A stretch of DNA of 32,925 bases from an uncultured Pseudomonadales bacterium (GTDB taxonomy: Bacteria > Pseudomonadota > Gammaproteobacteria > Pseudomonadales > Azotimanducaceae). Shown piece by piece: positions 16,164-25,782 of the stretch. Each line of letters starts with the position of its first letter. Position 1 is the first letter of the stretch. The notes under the pieces were generated by a model. That model saw only the letters and a program-made list of their open reading frames with translations, searched no databases and was not told the origin of the DNA. Both the position numbers and the translations under genes were made by a program. Location of the stretch: NCBI GenBank assembly GCA_964577185.1, contig CAZNYE010000344.1, positions 1-32,925 of the forward strand. Reading direction: 5' to 3'.

Positions 16164-16728
16164 TTTGAAGCGGCGTTCCACCCTCGCGGCGAACATGCGC
16201 GGTCCGGGGCCGGACCGTGAGTCGCTGGACACGCTCCTGCGTATCGCGACGCGCGTGCCTGATCACGGGAAACTCACACCTTGGCGCATTCAAGTGCTTT
16301 GGCCGCAAGGACAGGCTAGGTTAGGTGAAATCTGCGCCCAGATCTTTCGCGAGGACAATCCAGGTGCAAGCGAGGAAGCGATTGCATTTGAGCGTCAGCG
16401 TCCGCAGAGGTCGCCGCTGTTGCTCGTTGTGACCTCCCATCCCAACAAGGAGAAACTGGCAAAGGTGCCGCTGATTGAGCAGCAGATCTCTGCCGGAGCT
16501 GTGTGCCAGAACCTGCTCGTTGGTGCCACGGCGCTGGGCTTTGCCTCTCAGTTGCTTACTGACTGGCCCGCATACCACCCGAAGGTTCGCCGCGCCCTCG
16601 GTCACAGCGAAGATACCGAGATCATTGGCTTTGTGCATATCGGCAGTCCGGCCAAAAGGCCTCTGATCGAGCGACCGAGGCCGGAGATTGAAGACGTGGT
16701 TTCAGAATGGTCGGGTGCGGAAAACTAA
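16108..16728 (+). CDS. YdjA-like NAD(P)H nitroreductase family protein
   Basis: 'LLKRRSTLAANMRGPGPDRESLDTLLRIATRVPDHGKLTPWRIQVL' matches the YdjA-type pattern 'RRS...P.P....L..il..a.rvPDHgkl.PWRf'. ATG at 16108 is preferred over the in-frame TTG at 16066. Confidence 0.75.
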   Translation: MHSVLGKLVTKAPELAELLLKRRSTLAANMRGPGPDRESLDTLLRIATRVPDHGKLTPWRIQVLWPQGQARLGEICAQIFREDNPGASEEAIAFERQRPQRSPLLLVVTSHPNKEKLAKVPLIEQQISAGAVCQNLLVGATALGFASQLLTDWPAYHPKVRRALGHSEDTEIIGFVHIGSPAKRPLIERPRPEIEDVVSEWSGAEN

Positions 16729-16729
16729 A

Positions 16730-17056
16730 TTATCGCAATAGACGTTGTTCCAGTATATTCTGCAAACTTCTTCTTCCATCCACGATCAACTGGACAAACA
16801 CTTCTCGTCCGATCACCTCGTAGATGATGCGGTAGGGCTTGAAGTGGATTTCACGAAATTCCTTGATGCCTAGGGGTAATAGCTCCGGTAGAAAATGTCC
16901 TCGTTCGGGGTTTTGCTCAAGCCGCTCGCAGGTTTCGAGTAGTTTCTCAAGCACATAGTGGGCTTGGTCCAATGAATCTCGTTGTGCGATGTATGCCGCG
17001 GGTTCTGCCAAGTCGATTTCGGCTTCCTCGACGATCCTCACTCGATATTGGGTCAC
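16730..17056 (-). CDS. parE: RelE/ParE-family toxin
   Basis: '...[37 protein letters not shown]' is a typical ParE/RelE C-terminal block. GTG start. Confidence 0.75.
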   Translation of the reverse strand: MTQYRVRIVEEAEIDLAEPAAYIAQRDSLDQAHYVLEKLLETCERLEQNPERGHFLPELLPLGIKEFREIHFKPYRIIYEVIGREVFVQLIVDGRRSLQNILEQRLLR

Positions 17057-17061
17057 GCCTC

Positions 17062-18087
17062 TTGCTTTGCGAGCTCAGCCTGTTCTCTGGCGCTGGCGGT
17101 ATGGATTTGGGCGTCGACAAGTCGGGATTTAGGACGCTCTTGTCCGTCGAACGCGATGTGCACGCTGGCGCGACGCTGCTCGCGAATGCGGGCCGCAAAC
17201 TGGTGTGGCGAACCGATGTTCGGGCGCTTGATCCCTTGCGCACAATTCAATTGCTAGACCTAGGTCCGGGTGATCTGGCGCTCCTTCACGGCGCGCCACC
17301 CATCCACCAATCGCCCGGCCCTTCACTTCGGGTCGAAACGCTCCAATCTCCCATGTTTGAAATGCTGAGGTTCGCTGAAATCTTGCGACCAACTTGCGTC
17401 TTCATCGAACAACCACCGAGCGCGATTAGCTCTTGGCTTACCGGTGGTCGACGACTGGTTGGTGAGCTGCACCGAAGATTTGAGGCGCTTCAATATGACC
17501 TTCACTTGGACCTACTTGATGCTGGCATCGCGGGGCTGTCTCAGTCACGTGTTCGTGCCGTGTTGGTCGCGGTGCCTGCGGGAGCGGAATTCGAATTGTC
17601 GCTTGCCGGAATATCCGCAATCCAATCGGTTGGTGAGGCTTGGCAAGGCCTGCCTATGCCGACCCCAAGAGGAGTTCAGTCGAATCTCGCGAATCATGTT
17701 GACGCTACGCCTCCAAGGGCAAGGGAACGCATCCGATACGTGCCTGAAGGCTCTTGGCTCAGCAAAGCGAAGAACGCGCCCGCCGAAGTGAAAGGAAAAC
17801 TGACCGCGAGGGATACAACCAAGTTTCGTCGTCTTGCGTATCAAAAGCCGTCGCAGACACTGTTTGCGGGGGAGATATTCTTCCATCCCACAGAGGATCG
17901 GTATATCACCCCACGCGAAGCGGCGCGATTACAGGGGTTTCCAGACAGCTACCGATTTGAAGGGCCGATTGGGCGGCGCACTTCGGCGGGCGCAAGTCTT
18001 GATCAGCATCGCCAGATCGCCGAAGCCACACCGCCACCTTTCGCAGCAGCGCTCGCATCCAAACTCGCGGCACTCTTGCCTGCTTGA
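17062..18087 (+). CDS. DNA (cytosine-5)-methyltransferase homologue lacking the catalytic cysteine (probably inactive or decaying)
   Basis: Motif I '[13 protein letters not shown]' (17083-17100), motif VIII '[11 protein letters not shown]' and motif IX '[20 protein letters not shown]' are present. Motif IV reads '[10 protein letters not shown]' (17296-17310) instead of GGPPCQ. Motif VI reads 'FIEQPP' instead of ENV. Motif X reads 'IAEATPPP' instead of GNAVPP. A TTG at 17062 is the only start-like codon close to motif I. Confidence 0.6.
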   Translation: MLCELSLFSGAGGMDLGVDKSGFRTLLSVERDVHAGATLLANAGRKLVWRTDVRALDPLRTIQLLDLGPGDLALLHGAPPIHQSPGPSLRVETLQSPMFEMLRFAEILRPTCVFIEQPPSAISSWLTGGRRLVGELHRRFEALQYDLHLDLLDAGIAGLSQSRVRAVLVAVPAGAEFELSLAGISAIQSVGEAWQGLPMPTPRGVQSNLANHVDATPPRARERIRYVPEGSWLSKAKNAPAEVKGKLTARDTTKFRRLAYQKPSQTLFAGEIFFHPTEDRYITPREAARLQGFPDSYRFEGPIGRRTSAGASLDQHRQIAEATPPPFAAALASKLAALLPA

Positions 18088-18090
18088 AGC

Positions 18091-20550
18091 TTACGCTTTG
18101 CTGCCTCGATGCGTGAGTACCAAGAGGCTAGGCAACAAGGTCAGGTTGGCGATGAGCGCAAGTCCCATGGCAATCGACACCAGCAGTCCGAACATAATCG
18201 TTGGCACAAAATTCGAAAACACCAACACGGAAAAACCGATGATGATGGTGATGCCGGTGAGGTAGAGCGCCCGCCCAATGCTTGCGTGGCACGCGGCGAC
18301 CGAGGCCTTTGCGTCCTGTCGGTCAACCAGTTCGGTGCGATACCTGTGTAGATAGTGAATTGCGAAGTCGACTCCTATGCCAACAGAAATAGCCGCGATG
18401 GTCGTGGTCATCATGTCGAGTGGGATGCGCGCGAGTCCCATGAAACCAAGCACGGCCGCAGCGGACAAGAGATTGGGAATGAGGCCGAGCAGGGCGAATT
18501 TCAGTGAACGAAGGAGTATCAGAAACATGGCGAAGGTCGCGAGCACCACATAGGCGAGGGTGTCCCGCTGCGATGCGAAGAGTTCGTTGAGCATGCCGTT
18601 GAACAGCACGACCATGCCGGAAACCGCGACTTCATCTGCTTGGAACCCCAACTCCTCTTGGGCAAGAGACTCGACTTCGGTAACGAGCGCGTCTCGGTCA
18701 AAATAGGGCCCGCTCTCGTTTACTCGTCCAGATAGACGCATCTGACCGGTTGCGGGCGATGCATAGGGGTCGATGAGCTCTGTTCTGATGGTCTGCGGCA
18801 CAGCGCCGAGAACGCCGACGATCTCCAAGTCGTTCAAGGGCCTTCCCTCCGTGAATTGGCGCGCCAACTCATCGAGCGAATACATGGAAAGCACCTTTCC
18901 GACTTCCGGCCTTGCCTCGAGCGCCTTGTGCAGGGATTCGAGGCGGTCCAGCTTGTCGCGGGAGAACCAGTACCGTTCTGGGAAGGCATCAACCTCATCG
19001 GCGAAGAAATCGTCTTCTATCTCCACCTGCTCCCAGGGATTGAACGAAACCACAACCTCGAAAGGCACAGTGCCGCCAAGATTCTGGTCTATGTACACCA
19101 TGCCCCGGTAGATCTCGGTGTCCTCCTGAAAGTAGTCGATGAAGCGATTGTCGAGGGAGAGTCTTGAAATACCGATCAGCGCCAATGCCGCGATGATCAG
19201 GCTGGCACAGGAAACCATGACCGGCCGCGTGCGCGAGATCTTACTCAGCCCTCGAATGAAAGCGGCCTCGTTCTTTTCAAGCCCCGTGTCCGCCGAATCA
19301 TCGAGCAGCCTGAGCACGGCTGGAAACAAGGTGAAGGCGGTCAGGAATGCGAGCGCGACTCCGAGGCACATCATCCAACCGAAGTCTTCGACGGGAACAA
19401 TGTTGCTGACCGTGAGAGAACCGAATGCGGCGATGGTCGTCAGCGCGGTATAGAGGCAGGGCGCAAACTTGCTGATCATGGTTTGCGAAATCAGTTCGCC
19501 GCGACGCGGGCCATCCTCTTGGGCTCGCAGTTCGCGATAGCGAACAATCAAGTGGATGGTGAGCGATATGGTCATGATGAGAAGCAGGGCCACGAAATTG
19601 GAGGAAATCACCGTGGCCGGTTTCTGTACCCACCCGAGTACGCCGGTTGTGTAGAGCACTGTCATTCCCGCCGTGGCCACCGGTAATAGCACCCAGCGAA
19701 CCTGGCGAAAGGCGATGAAGAGCACCAACATGATGAGTAGCACAACTGTGCCGCCGAAGATCAAGAGGTCGCTCTGTACGAAGGCGATCATGTCCGCTGC
19801 GATCATGGGCACGCCGCCTATGTGTACTCGCCCATAGGCCGAAAACTCGCGTTGAATATCGCGAATCTCGGCAATCAATCTCGCTCGGGATTCCAGATAG
19901 ATCTTGCGCGCCTCTGTGTACTCAAGATCAAGCCGCGCAAGCTCAGCATTCTCCTCGTCGCTGAGTGCTTCCTTGGTGCGCAGTTCGCTACGACGGTCTG
20001 TGATGCCGTCAAGCGCCTCATCGGGGGCGATGTTGGCGCGCATGGCCCCGGCGGTGCCATCGTTAGAGATCAGAAGTTCGTGAAAGAGAGGACTTTCCTG
20101 AAGTTCCGCGATGGCGAGGTTGCGGTCTACCTCAGGTGATCGTAGCGTTTTGAGTCCCTGCGCAAGTTGGGTGAGTGGAACAGGAGGACTTCGCAACAAC
20201 GGCACATCGAGCAGGGAGAATACGGACGAAACGCCTGGCACCGCGCCGATGCGCTCTTGGAGTTCTCCCATGCGCTCGATGCTGGCATCGGAGAGTAACG
20301 GCCCCTCGTGCGGCGAAAAGGTAATCAGTAGAAAATCGTCGCCGGTGAAGGTCTCTGTGATTTCCTCATAGGCCGCGAAGGCGGGGTCGCCTTCCACGAC
20401 CAATGTTTCTGCCGACGCATCGAAAGTGAATCGGGTCGAGAAGTAGACCGCCAGTACGCCAAACAGCGCTCCGATCATGAGCACTGTGACCCGGCGGGCA
20501 AGTATTGCCGAGTACCAAGCCTTAATATTCGCTGAATGCAAATAGCTCAT
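18091..20550 (-). CDS. RND-superfamily exporter (MMPL / HpnN-like, sterol-sensing-domain type)
   Basis: 819 aa with two repeats, each a large soluble loop followed by a block of hydrophobic helices. This architecture and length are typical of MMPL/HpnN-type RND transporters. Confidence 0.7.
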   Translation of the reverse strand: MSYLHSANIKAWYSAILARRVTVLMIGALFGVLAVYFSTRFTFDASAETLVVEGDPAFAAYEEITETFTGDDFLLITFSPHEGPLLSDASIERMGELQERIGAVPGVSSVFSLLDVPLLRSPPVPLTQLAQGLKTLRSPEVDRNLAIAELQESPLFHELLISNDGTAGAMRANIAPDEALDGITDRRSELRTKEALSDEENAELARLDLEYTEARKIYLESRARLIAEIRDIQREFSAYGRVHIGGVPMIAADMIAFVQSDLLIFGGTVVLLIMLVLFIAFRQVRWVLLPVATAGMTVLYTTGVLGWVQKPATVISSNFVALLLIMTISLTIHLIVRYRELRAQEDGPRRGELISQTMISKFAPCLYTALTTIAAFGSLTVSNIVPVEDFGWMMCLGVALAFLTAFTLFPAVLRLLDDSADTGLEKNEAAFIRGLSKISRTRPVMVSCASLIIAALALIGISRLSLDNRFIDYFQEDTEIYRGMVYIDQNLGGTVPFEVVVSFNPWEQVEIEDDFFADEVDAFPERYWFSRDKLDRLESLHKALEARPEVGKVLSMYSLDELARQFTEGRPLNDLEIVGVLGAVPQTIRTELIDPYASPATGQMRLSGRVNESGPYFDRDALVTEVESLAQEELGFQADEVAVSGMVVLFNGMLNELFASQRDTLAYVVLATFAMFLILLRSLKFALLGLIPNLLSAAAVLGFMGLARIPLDMMTTTIAAISVGIGVDFAIHYLHRYRTELVDRQDAKASVAACHASIGRALYLTGITIIIGFSVLVFSNFVPTIMFGLLVSIAMGLALIANLTLLPSLLVLTHRGSKA

Positions 20551-20586
20551 AGGAGGGAACTATAAATGGAAATTACCGAACATGGA

Positions 20587-21579
20587 TTATGGGTGTATTT
20601 CAAGACTCGATACCCAGCGCTCGGCATACTCCCAGAGATGTCTGCTCGCTTCGGCATCTTCTGTCGCTTCCGAGGCGCACGAAACGCGGCATTCTTCATA
20701 GTATTGACCACCAGCGAGTGGCACTTGGGTTGCGCAGAGAATTGGCGTCTGCGCGCCTTGATCGCGGGTGAGGAAGGAGATGGCGAGCACAGGTTTCAGC
20801 AAGCGCGTCAAATGTTTCAGGCGGGGATGGTCCTCAAGGGAGCGCGGCACAAGGCTTGTATAGACGGTGCCTGGGTGCAAGGAAACTGACTGAAGACTGT
20901 AGGCATCAGCGTATCGACGCTGAATCTCCTTGCTGAAGTGAATGATCGCCAACTTGGACCTGCCATAGGCATCCCAAGACTTGTACCCTCGTTCTGCGAG
21001 GCCAAAGAGCTGTGTATTGTCGACCCGCTCATGCGTGTCCGACGCGAGAAAGACCACGCGCGCATCGCCACTTTCGCGTCCTGATTGAATGAGCAGCGGC
21101 AAAAGCGAGTGGGTGAGATGAAAGGTGCCAAGAAAATTCGTTCGCCAGTGGATCTCTTCCCCGTCAGGCGCGAGCAGCGGCTGCCGACAATGCATGGTGA
21201 TGTCCCTAAACATCCCCGCATTGTTCACCAGCACATGTAGTTCGCCATTTGAGTCGTTGCGGTACCAGTTGACGAGCTCGCGCACACTTCCTGGATCGCA
21301 CAAGTCAAGAGGCCGCACTTGGAGCAGGGATGGATCAGCGCCTGAGCGCTCGACCTCGTCACGCAGCGCTTCTTCTATCTCTTGAGTGTCTGAGAGGTTG
21401 GTCCCCACCACTCTCGCGCCCCAGCACGCGAGGGTCTTGGCGACCGAGAAGCCGATGGAACTTGGAGAGACGCCCGTCACCAGCACTTTTCGTCCAGTCA
21501 TATCCACTCGCGGCGCGCGGGGTTTGGGCGACAGCGTGGCAGCGAGAACCTGCCCGACCCGTGCGAAAGCGTTCCTCAT
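20587..21579 (-). CDS. short-chain dehydrogenase/reductase (SDR) family oxidoreductase
   Basis: 'KVLVTGVSPSSIGF' (TGxxxxxG), 'LVNNAGM' and 'YGRSKLA' (YxxxK). An alternative start is Met27 (21501). Confidence 0.8.
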   Translation of the reverse strand: MRNAFARVGQVLAATLSPKPRAPRVDMTGRKVLVTGVSPSSIGFSVAKTLACWGARVVGTNLSDTQEIEEALRDEVERSGADPSLLQVRPLDLCDPGSVRELVNWYRNDSNGELHVLVNNAGMFRDITMHCRQPLLAPDGEEIHWRTNFLGTFHLTHSLLPLLIQSGRESGDARVVFLASDTHERVDNTQLFGLAERGYKSWDAYGRSKLAIIHFSKEIQRRYADAYSLQSVSLHPGTVYTSLVPRSLEDHPRLKHLTRLLKPVLAISFLTRDQGAQTPILCATQVPLAGGQYYEECRVSCASEATEDAEASRHLWEYAERWVSSLEIHP

Positions 21580-21675
21580 GGCGATAGATCCCGTGGGATG
21601 GTGACCTGTGGCTGCGGGTTTCTGAAGGTCCCGTGGCTGAACTGCAATCCTGACTTGGGGCTAAAATGTCGTTTC

Positions 21676-22716
21676 ATGAATCGGGGGCGAAGCATACTTT
21701 TCACCGGGCCAGCACAGGACGCTTATTCTGACTGGAAATCTCCGGATATCATCATCTCAGATGGCGCCTACGGGATTGGAGGGTTTCCGGGAGATCCTCG
21801 CACACCCGAGGGCCTTGCGGCATGGTACGCCGATCATGTACGCACATGGTCAGAGTGCTCGCACCACGCGACCACCCTCTGGTTTTGGAACACCGAAATT
21901 GGCTGGGCGACTGTGCATCCGTTGTTGGTGCGATACGGATGGGAATACGTTCAGACCATACTTTGGGATAAAGGGCTAGGCCATATCGCGGGAAACGTGA
22001 ACGGCGCGACCATTCGTCGATTGCCAACCGTCACGGAAGTTTGTGTGTTCTACAAACGCCGATTGGAATTTCCGTCTTCCGAGGGGATGGTTCCTGCGCA
22101 TCAATGGCTCCGCTCTGAGTGGCTGCGCGCCGGCCTGCCGTTGTCTAGGGCCAACGAGGCCTGTGGCGTCAAGAATGCCGCTACGCGAAAGTACTTAACG
22201 AATGACTGGCTGTGGTACTTCCCTCCTGCCGATATGATGGGCAGGCTGGTGCGGTATTTGAACAAGCATGGAGATTCTTCCGGTCGGCCCTATTATTCGA
22301 TCAATGGGCGTGATCCGGTCACCGAAAAGGAATGGCAGCGGCTTCGCCATCCGTGGCATCACCAACACGGAATCACCAATGTATGGGCTCATCCTCCATT
22401 GAATGGCCGAGAGCGTTATCGTGGCGATGGTCGCAGGGTTGCGCCAAGAGTTCATAGTCCTGGTAAGAACGCTACCGCGCATCTAAATCAGAAACCACTG
22501 GAACTTATGCGTCGAATTATCAAGATCGCGTCCGAAGAGGGCGATACCTTGTGGGAGCCCTTCGGTGGGCTTTGCTCTGCATCAGTTGCCGCGATTGAAG
22601 CAGGGCGTCATGCCTTTGCCGCTGAACCTGATCCATATTTCGCATCACTAGCGAAGAGCAGGCTTTGTTCTAAGTTGGAGACCGAAGATGGGCGGGACGA
22701 GAATCAAAATGGATGA
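21676..22716 (+). CDS. beta-class N4/N6 DNA methyltransferase (motif order IV...I) with atypical motif IV
   Basis: 'PDIIISDGAYGIG' sits where DPPY/SPPY is expected (DGAY at 21760-21771). 'HLNQKPLELMRRIIKIASEEGDTLWEPFGGLCSASVAA' is the 'QKP...FxGxG' AdoMet block of PF01555-type enzymes. ATG at 21676 is preferred over 21598. Confidence 0.7.
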   Translation: MNRGRSILFTGPAQDAYSDWKSPDIIISDGAYGIGGFPGDPRTPEGLAAWYADHVRTWSECSHHATTLWFWNTEIGWATVHPLLVRYGWEYVQTILWDKGLGHIAGNVNGATIRRLPTVTEVCVFYKRRLEFPSSEGMVPAHQWLRSEWLRAGLPLSRANEACGVKNAATRKYLTNDWLWYFPPADMMGRLVRYLNKHGDSSGRPYYSINGRDPVTEKEWQRLRHPWHHQHGITNVWAHPPLNGRERYRGDGRRVAPRVHSPGKNATAHLNQKPLELMRRIIKIASEEGDTLWEPFGGLCSASVAAIEAGRHAFAAEPDPYFASLAKSRLCSKLETEDGRDENQNG

Positions 22717-23635
22717 TCCTCGTCCTTCACGCCCCGAACGTCATGTTTTTGCCGATGATGAAGCTTCCGGAAAGCTCGTTCGAAACGTGCGTGCCGCACT
22801 CTACGCGCTCCCCGCGTATTTTCAATCAGGAACACGACTGGAAGGCTTGGATGGAGGGGAATTGTTTAGTCTTAGCGGTGTCTTAGGTGGCGCGATAGAA
22901 CATCAAGTAGTTGAGACGCTCAATCGAATTCGGGAGGTTTGGGATCCAGATGACGAGTGGCCGCGCCACCAATTTGTGCGTTTTGCACAGACCTTTCCCG
23001 ATGTGAGACTGCAGGCTTACAACGACGACGGGGAGCCGTCGGTTGCCTTGGGGATCGAACTCAAGGGATGGTATCTCCTGTCAAAAGAGCGTGAACCAAG
23101 CTTCCGCTACTCCGTGACCCCTTCCGCGTGTTCGGCGCGGGATCTTCTGGTCGTGGTTCCTTGGCACTTGAAGAATCTTCTCTCCGGCGAACCGATTGTC
23201 TACGAACCATACATTGAGCAAGCTCGTTATGTAGCTGAACTCAGGAATTGGTGGTGGATGTTCGAGAGGAATTCTCAAGACTCTGAGGCTGAGCGAGGTG
23301 TCAATCCGCCGAATCAGGAAGCGGGCCCCTATCCGCCGCCGAGGGCAAGAATCGCGGACCGGCCATTAAACGACGGGGGAAATAATTTCGGCCGAATTGC
23401 GCGTGTGGACTCGCTCATGAAGGGGTACGTTGCCACCATGCTGAAGAAGCTTATCGCCGGAATTCCCGCGGAACATTGGACACTGTTCTTTCGGCTGCAT
23501 GCTGAAGCGACAGATGCGGAGCAGATTCTAGCGCGATTGCAATCCGAGCTAATCGAAGAGGAGAGTGAACTCAGCGAAGAATCTGTGCAGCAGATAACAG
23601 AAGTTGTTCGTCAAATCGTGAATCTGTTCAAGTAG
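22709..23635 (+). CDS. putative type II restriction endonuclease (PD-(D/E)xK)
   Basis: 'FPDVRLQAYNDDGEPSVALGIELKGWYL' gives a PD...ExK arrangement. It overlaps the methyltransferase stop by 8 nt (29 nt if ATG 22688 is used). Confidence 0.5.
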   Translation: MDDPRPSRPERHVFADDEASGKLVRNVRAALYALPAYFQSGTRLEGLDGGELFSLSGVLGGAIEHQVVETLNRIREVWDPDDEWPRHQFVRFAQTFPDVRLQAYNDDGEPSVALGIELKGWYLLSKEREPSFRYSVTPSACSARDLLVVVPWHLKNLLSGEPIVYEPYIEQARYVAELRNWWWMFERNSQDSEAERGVNPPNQEAGPYPPPRARIADRPLNDGGNNFGRIARVDSLMKGYVATMLKKLIAGIPAEHWTLFFRLHAEATDAEQILARLQSELIEEESELSEESVQQITEVVRQIVNLFK

Positions 23636-23671
23636 GCAGGCGTTGGAGCGCCGGAACCAAGCCCTAGACAA

Positions 23672-25000
23672 TCAAAGCGCCTTCGGCAGAGCAATGCCAT
23701 ATTGTCGCAATGTGCCTTCAAGACTTGGCTTCTCTAGGCGGATGCGCTCTGCGCTCAGTTGAAACGCGAAGATGAAGCCTATTCCCAAAATAAGCATCCC
23801 TATCAGGAAACAATAGATCACGGCACGGTCTGGATAGACATCCTTGAAGTAACCCACATACAGGGGGCCGAAGATGCCGGCGGCGGCCCAGGCGGTGAGC
23901 ACGGCGCCGTATATGGCGGACATCTTCTTGCTGCCGAAAACATCAACGATGAACGAAGGCATGGTGGCAAAGCCGCCACCGAAGCACAGTAGGATGTAGC
24001 AAACGAGCGCCGAGAAAATCCAAGGGTCGCGCTCGGTCATGAGAATGCCAAACACCACCATTTGACTCGCAAGCAGAATGCGGAAGACTCTAATACGGCC
24101 AATCCTGTCGGAGAGCAATCCCCAGAAGAGACGGCCCACGCCATTGCACAGGGAACTGATCGCAATCAAGGTGGCACCGTATTCTGCCAGCATGTATGGA
24201 TCAAGCGTGGGGTCGGCGAGCCCCCAGACATCCTGCAATAGCGGTGACTGAAAACTGATGACCGATATGCCGGCGGAAATGTTGAAGAAGAAGATAAGCC
24301 ACATCATGATGAATTCGCGCGACCTCAGGCAGCGCGAAACAAACATGGGGTTATCGACACCCACTGGATCCAGACTAGGCATTGCCGCGGCGCCGGGTGG
24401 TGCAAAGCTGCGCGGAGGGTCGCTGATGAGCAGGCTAAATGGAACCAGGATGAGTGCAAAGATAATGCCGAGCCACATGAATATGAGCGGCAGATCTTCG
24501 CCCGTTTGCAGCACGAGAAAGGGCGCAAGGAGCTTACTGAGAAGAAATGCGCCGACTCCGAAACCCATGACAACCATGCCGGTTGCGAGTCCCTTTCGGT
24601 CGGGAAACCATTTGGCGACCGTTGCCACCGGCGTGACATAACCAAACCCAATACCGGCCCCGCCGATCACGCCGTAGCCGAGATAGAAGAGCAACAAATG
24701 ATTGATTTCGAGGGCAAAGGCGGCGATCAGGTAGCCTAGGGAGAACAACAGACTGCCGGCTAGCGCGAGTTTCCTTGGGCCGAGTCTTGGCAGTGCGGCT
24801 CCGGCCCAGGCCGCCGCAACTCCAAGCGAAAAAATAGCAACACCAAAGGCGATGGCGGTGTCGGTATAGGTCCAATCAAGCTGGCTGACCAGCATGATCT
24901 GGAAGAAGCTCCAGGCGTACACCGTGCCAAAGCACAGTTGCAGGCCCGTACACAAGAGCACAATCACCGAGCGGGGGAGTTGGATTCCTGGCAATTTCAT
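23672..25000 (-). CDS. MFS transporter, oxalate/formate antiporter (OFA)-like family
   Basis: Profile of about 12 TM helices, with an N-terminal 'LCFGTVYAWSFF' block characteristic of OFA-family MFS proteins. Confidence 0.75.
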   Translation of the reverse strand: MKLPGIQLPRSVIVLLCTGLQLCFGTVYAWSFFQIMLVSQLDWTYTDTAIAFGVAIFSLGVAAAWAGAALPRLGPRKLALAGSLLFSLGYLIAAFALEINHLLLFYLGYGVIGGAGIGFGYVTPVATVAKWFPDRKGLATGMVVMGFGVGAFLLSKLLAPFLVLQTGEDLPLIFMWLGIIFALILVPFSLLISDPPRSFAPPGAAAMPSLDPVGVDNPMFVSRCLRSREFIMMWLIFFFNISAGISVISFQSPLLQDVWGLADPTLDPYMLAEYGATLIAISSLCNGVGRLFWGLLSDRIGRIRVFRILLASQMVVFGILMTERDPWIFSALVCYILLCFGGGFATMPSFIVDVFGSKKMSAIYGAVLTAWAAAGIFGPLYVGYFKDVYPDRAVIYCFLIGMLILGIGFIFAFQLSAERIRLEKPSLEGTLRQYGIALPKAL

Positions 25001-25026
25001 CCCTCCGTTCGCGGGACCACTCCCGT

Positions 25027-25770
25027 CTAAGGTCCGCTCCTAGGGCTTGATGGCTGAATCCTGGCTGGATCGACAATCTTGGAAAAGTAAAGAAACAGGC
25101 GAGCGAGCTGCCCTGCTTCATCATTGCGGTTCAAAAGAGGGCTTTGGGAAGCGTCTTCGCCCTTCTGTTCCTTGGCGAGCTGTACCGCATAATTGAGCAA
25201 AGCGGCTATGGGTTTCGCGGCCAGATTGATCAGCCAGATGGCGGCGAAAATACCCACCACGAATATTGATGAGATCAAATACATTTGGCGACCGACCGCC
25301 TGCTGAATCTTGAGCGTGATGATGCTCTTGTCCATGCCTATGTGCACGGTTCCTGCCACCCCGGCAAGTATGGGGCTGCCAACTTCGACATAGCTGTCTG
25401 CCCCGGAGAGCCTGCGTTCGACGGTTTCGGTATTGGACGGATCCGAGGCAAGAATCTCTTCGGGAATGCCGGGTACAAAGGTGTGGGCGAGGAATTCTCC
25501 TGATTCGTTGACTATGTAAATGTAATTGATGCCCTGTATTTCGAGAAACTGGTCGATGAGCGATTGCAGCGCCGAAAGGTCTCGATTGAGGATGATATCA
25601 ACGCTTGCATCGGCGATGGTTTTTGCGATGCCGCGACTATTGGACACATATTCTTCTGAAAGTTGCGAATCAACCGTTGCGATACACACCCAGGAAGTAG
25701 ACACCGCGATCACGCCGAACAGGAGGAATATGCCGAACAGGGTCTTTTGAAATAGACGTTGAATATTCAC
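25027..25770 (-). CDS. membrane sensor with periplasmic Cache-like domain and HAMP domain but no output domain
   Basis: N-terminal TM helix, about 150-aa extracytoplasmic domain, second TM helix, then a HAMP-like 'AAKPIAALLNYAVQLAKE...NRNDEAGQLARLFLYFSKIV'. The ORF stops about 15 aa later. Confidence 0.6.
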   Translation of the reverse strand: MNIQRLFQKTLFGIFLLFGVIAVSTSWVCIATVDSQLSEEYVSNSRGIAKTIADASVDIILNRDLSALQSLIDQFLEIQGINYIYIVNESGEFLAHTFVPGIPEEILASDPSNTETVERRLSGADSYVEVGSPILAGVAGTVHIGMDKSIITLKIQQAVGRQMYLISSIFVVGIFAAIWLINLAAKPIAALLNYAVQLAKEQKGEDASQSPLLNRNDEAGQLARLFLYFSKIVDPARIQPSSPRSGP

Positions 25771-25782
25771 TATAGAGAATCC

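Noticed and set aside
16972-17061. ATG-initiated 30-codon extension of the methyltransferase ORF
   Set aside because: It is antisense to the ParE coding sequence and reads as Arg/Ser-rich junk. Methyltransferase motif I normally lies within about 10 residues of the N-terminus, which fits TTG 17062.
18109-20371. Numerous antisense or alternate-frame ORFs within the RND exporter gene
   Set aside because: They are nested in an 819-aa ORF with clear transporter architecture, and their translations are low-complexity.
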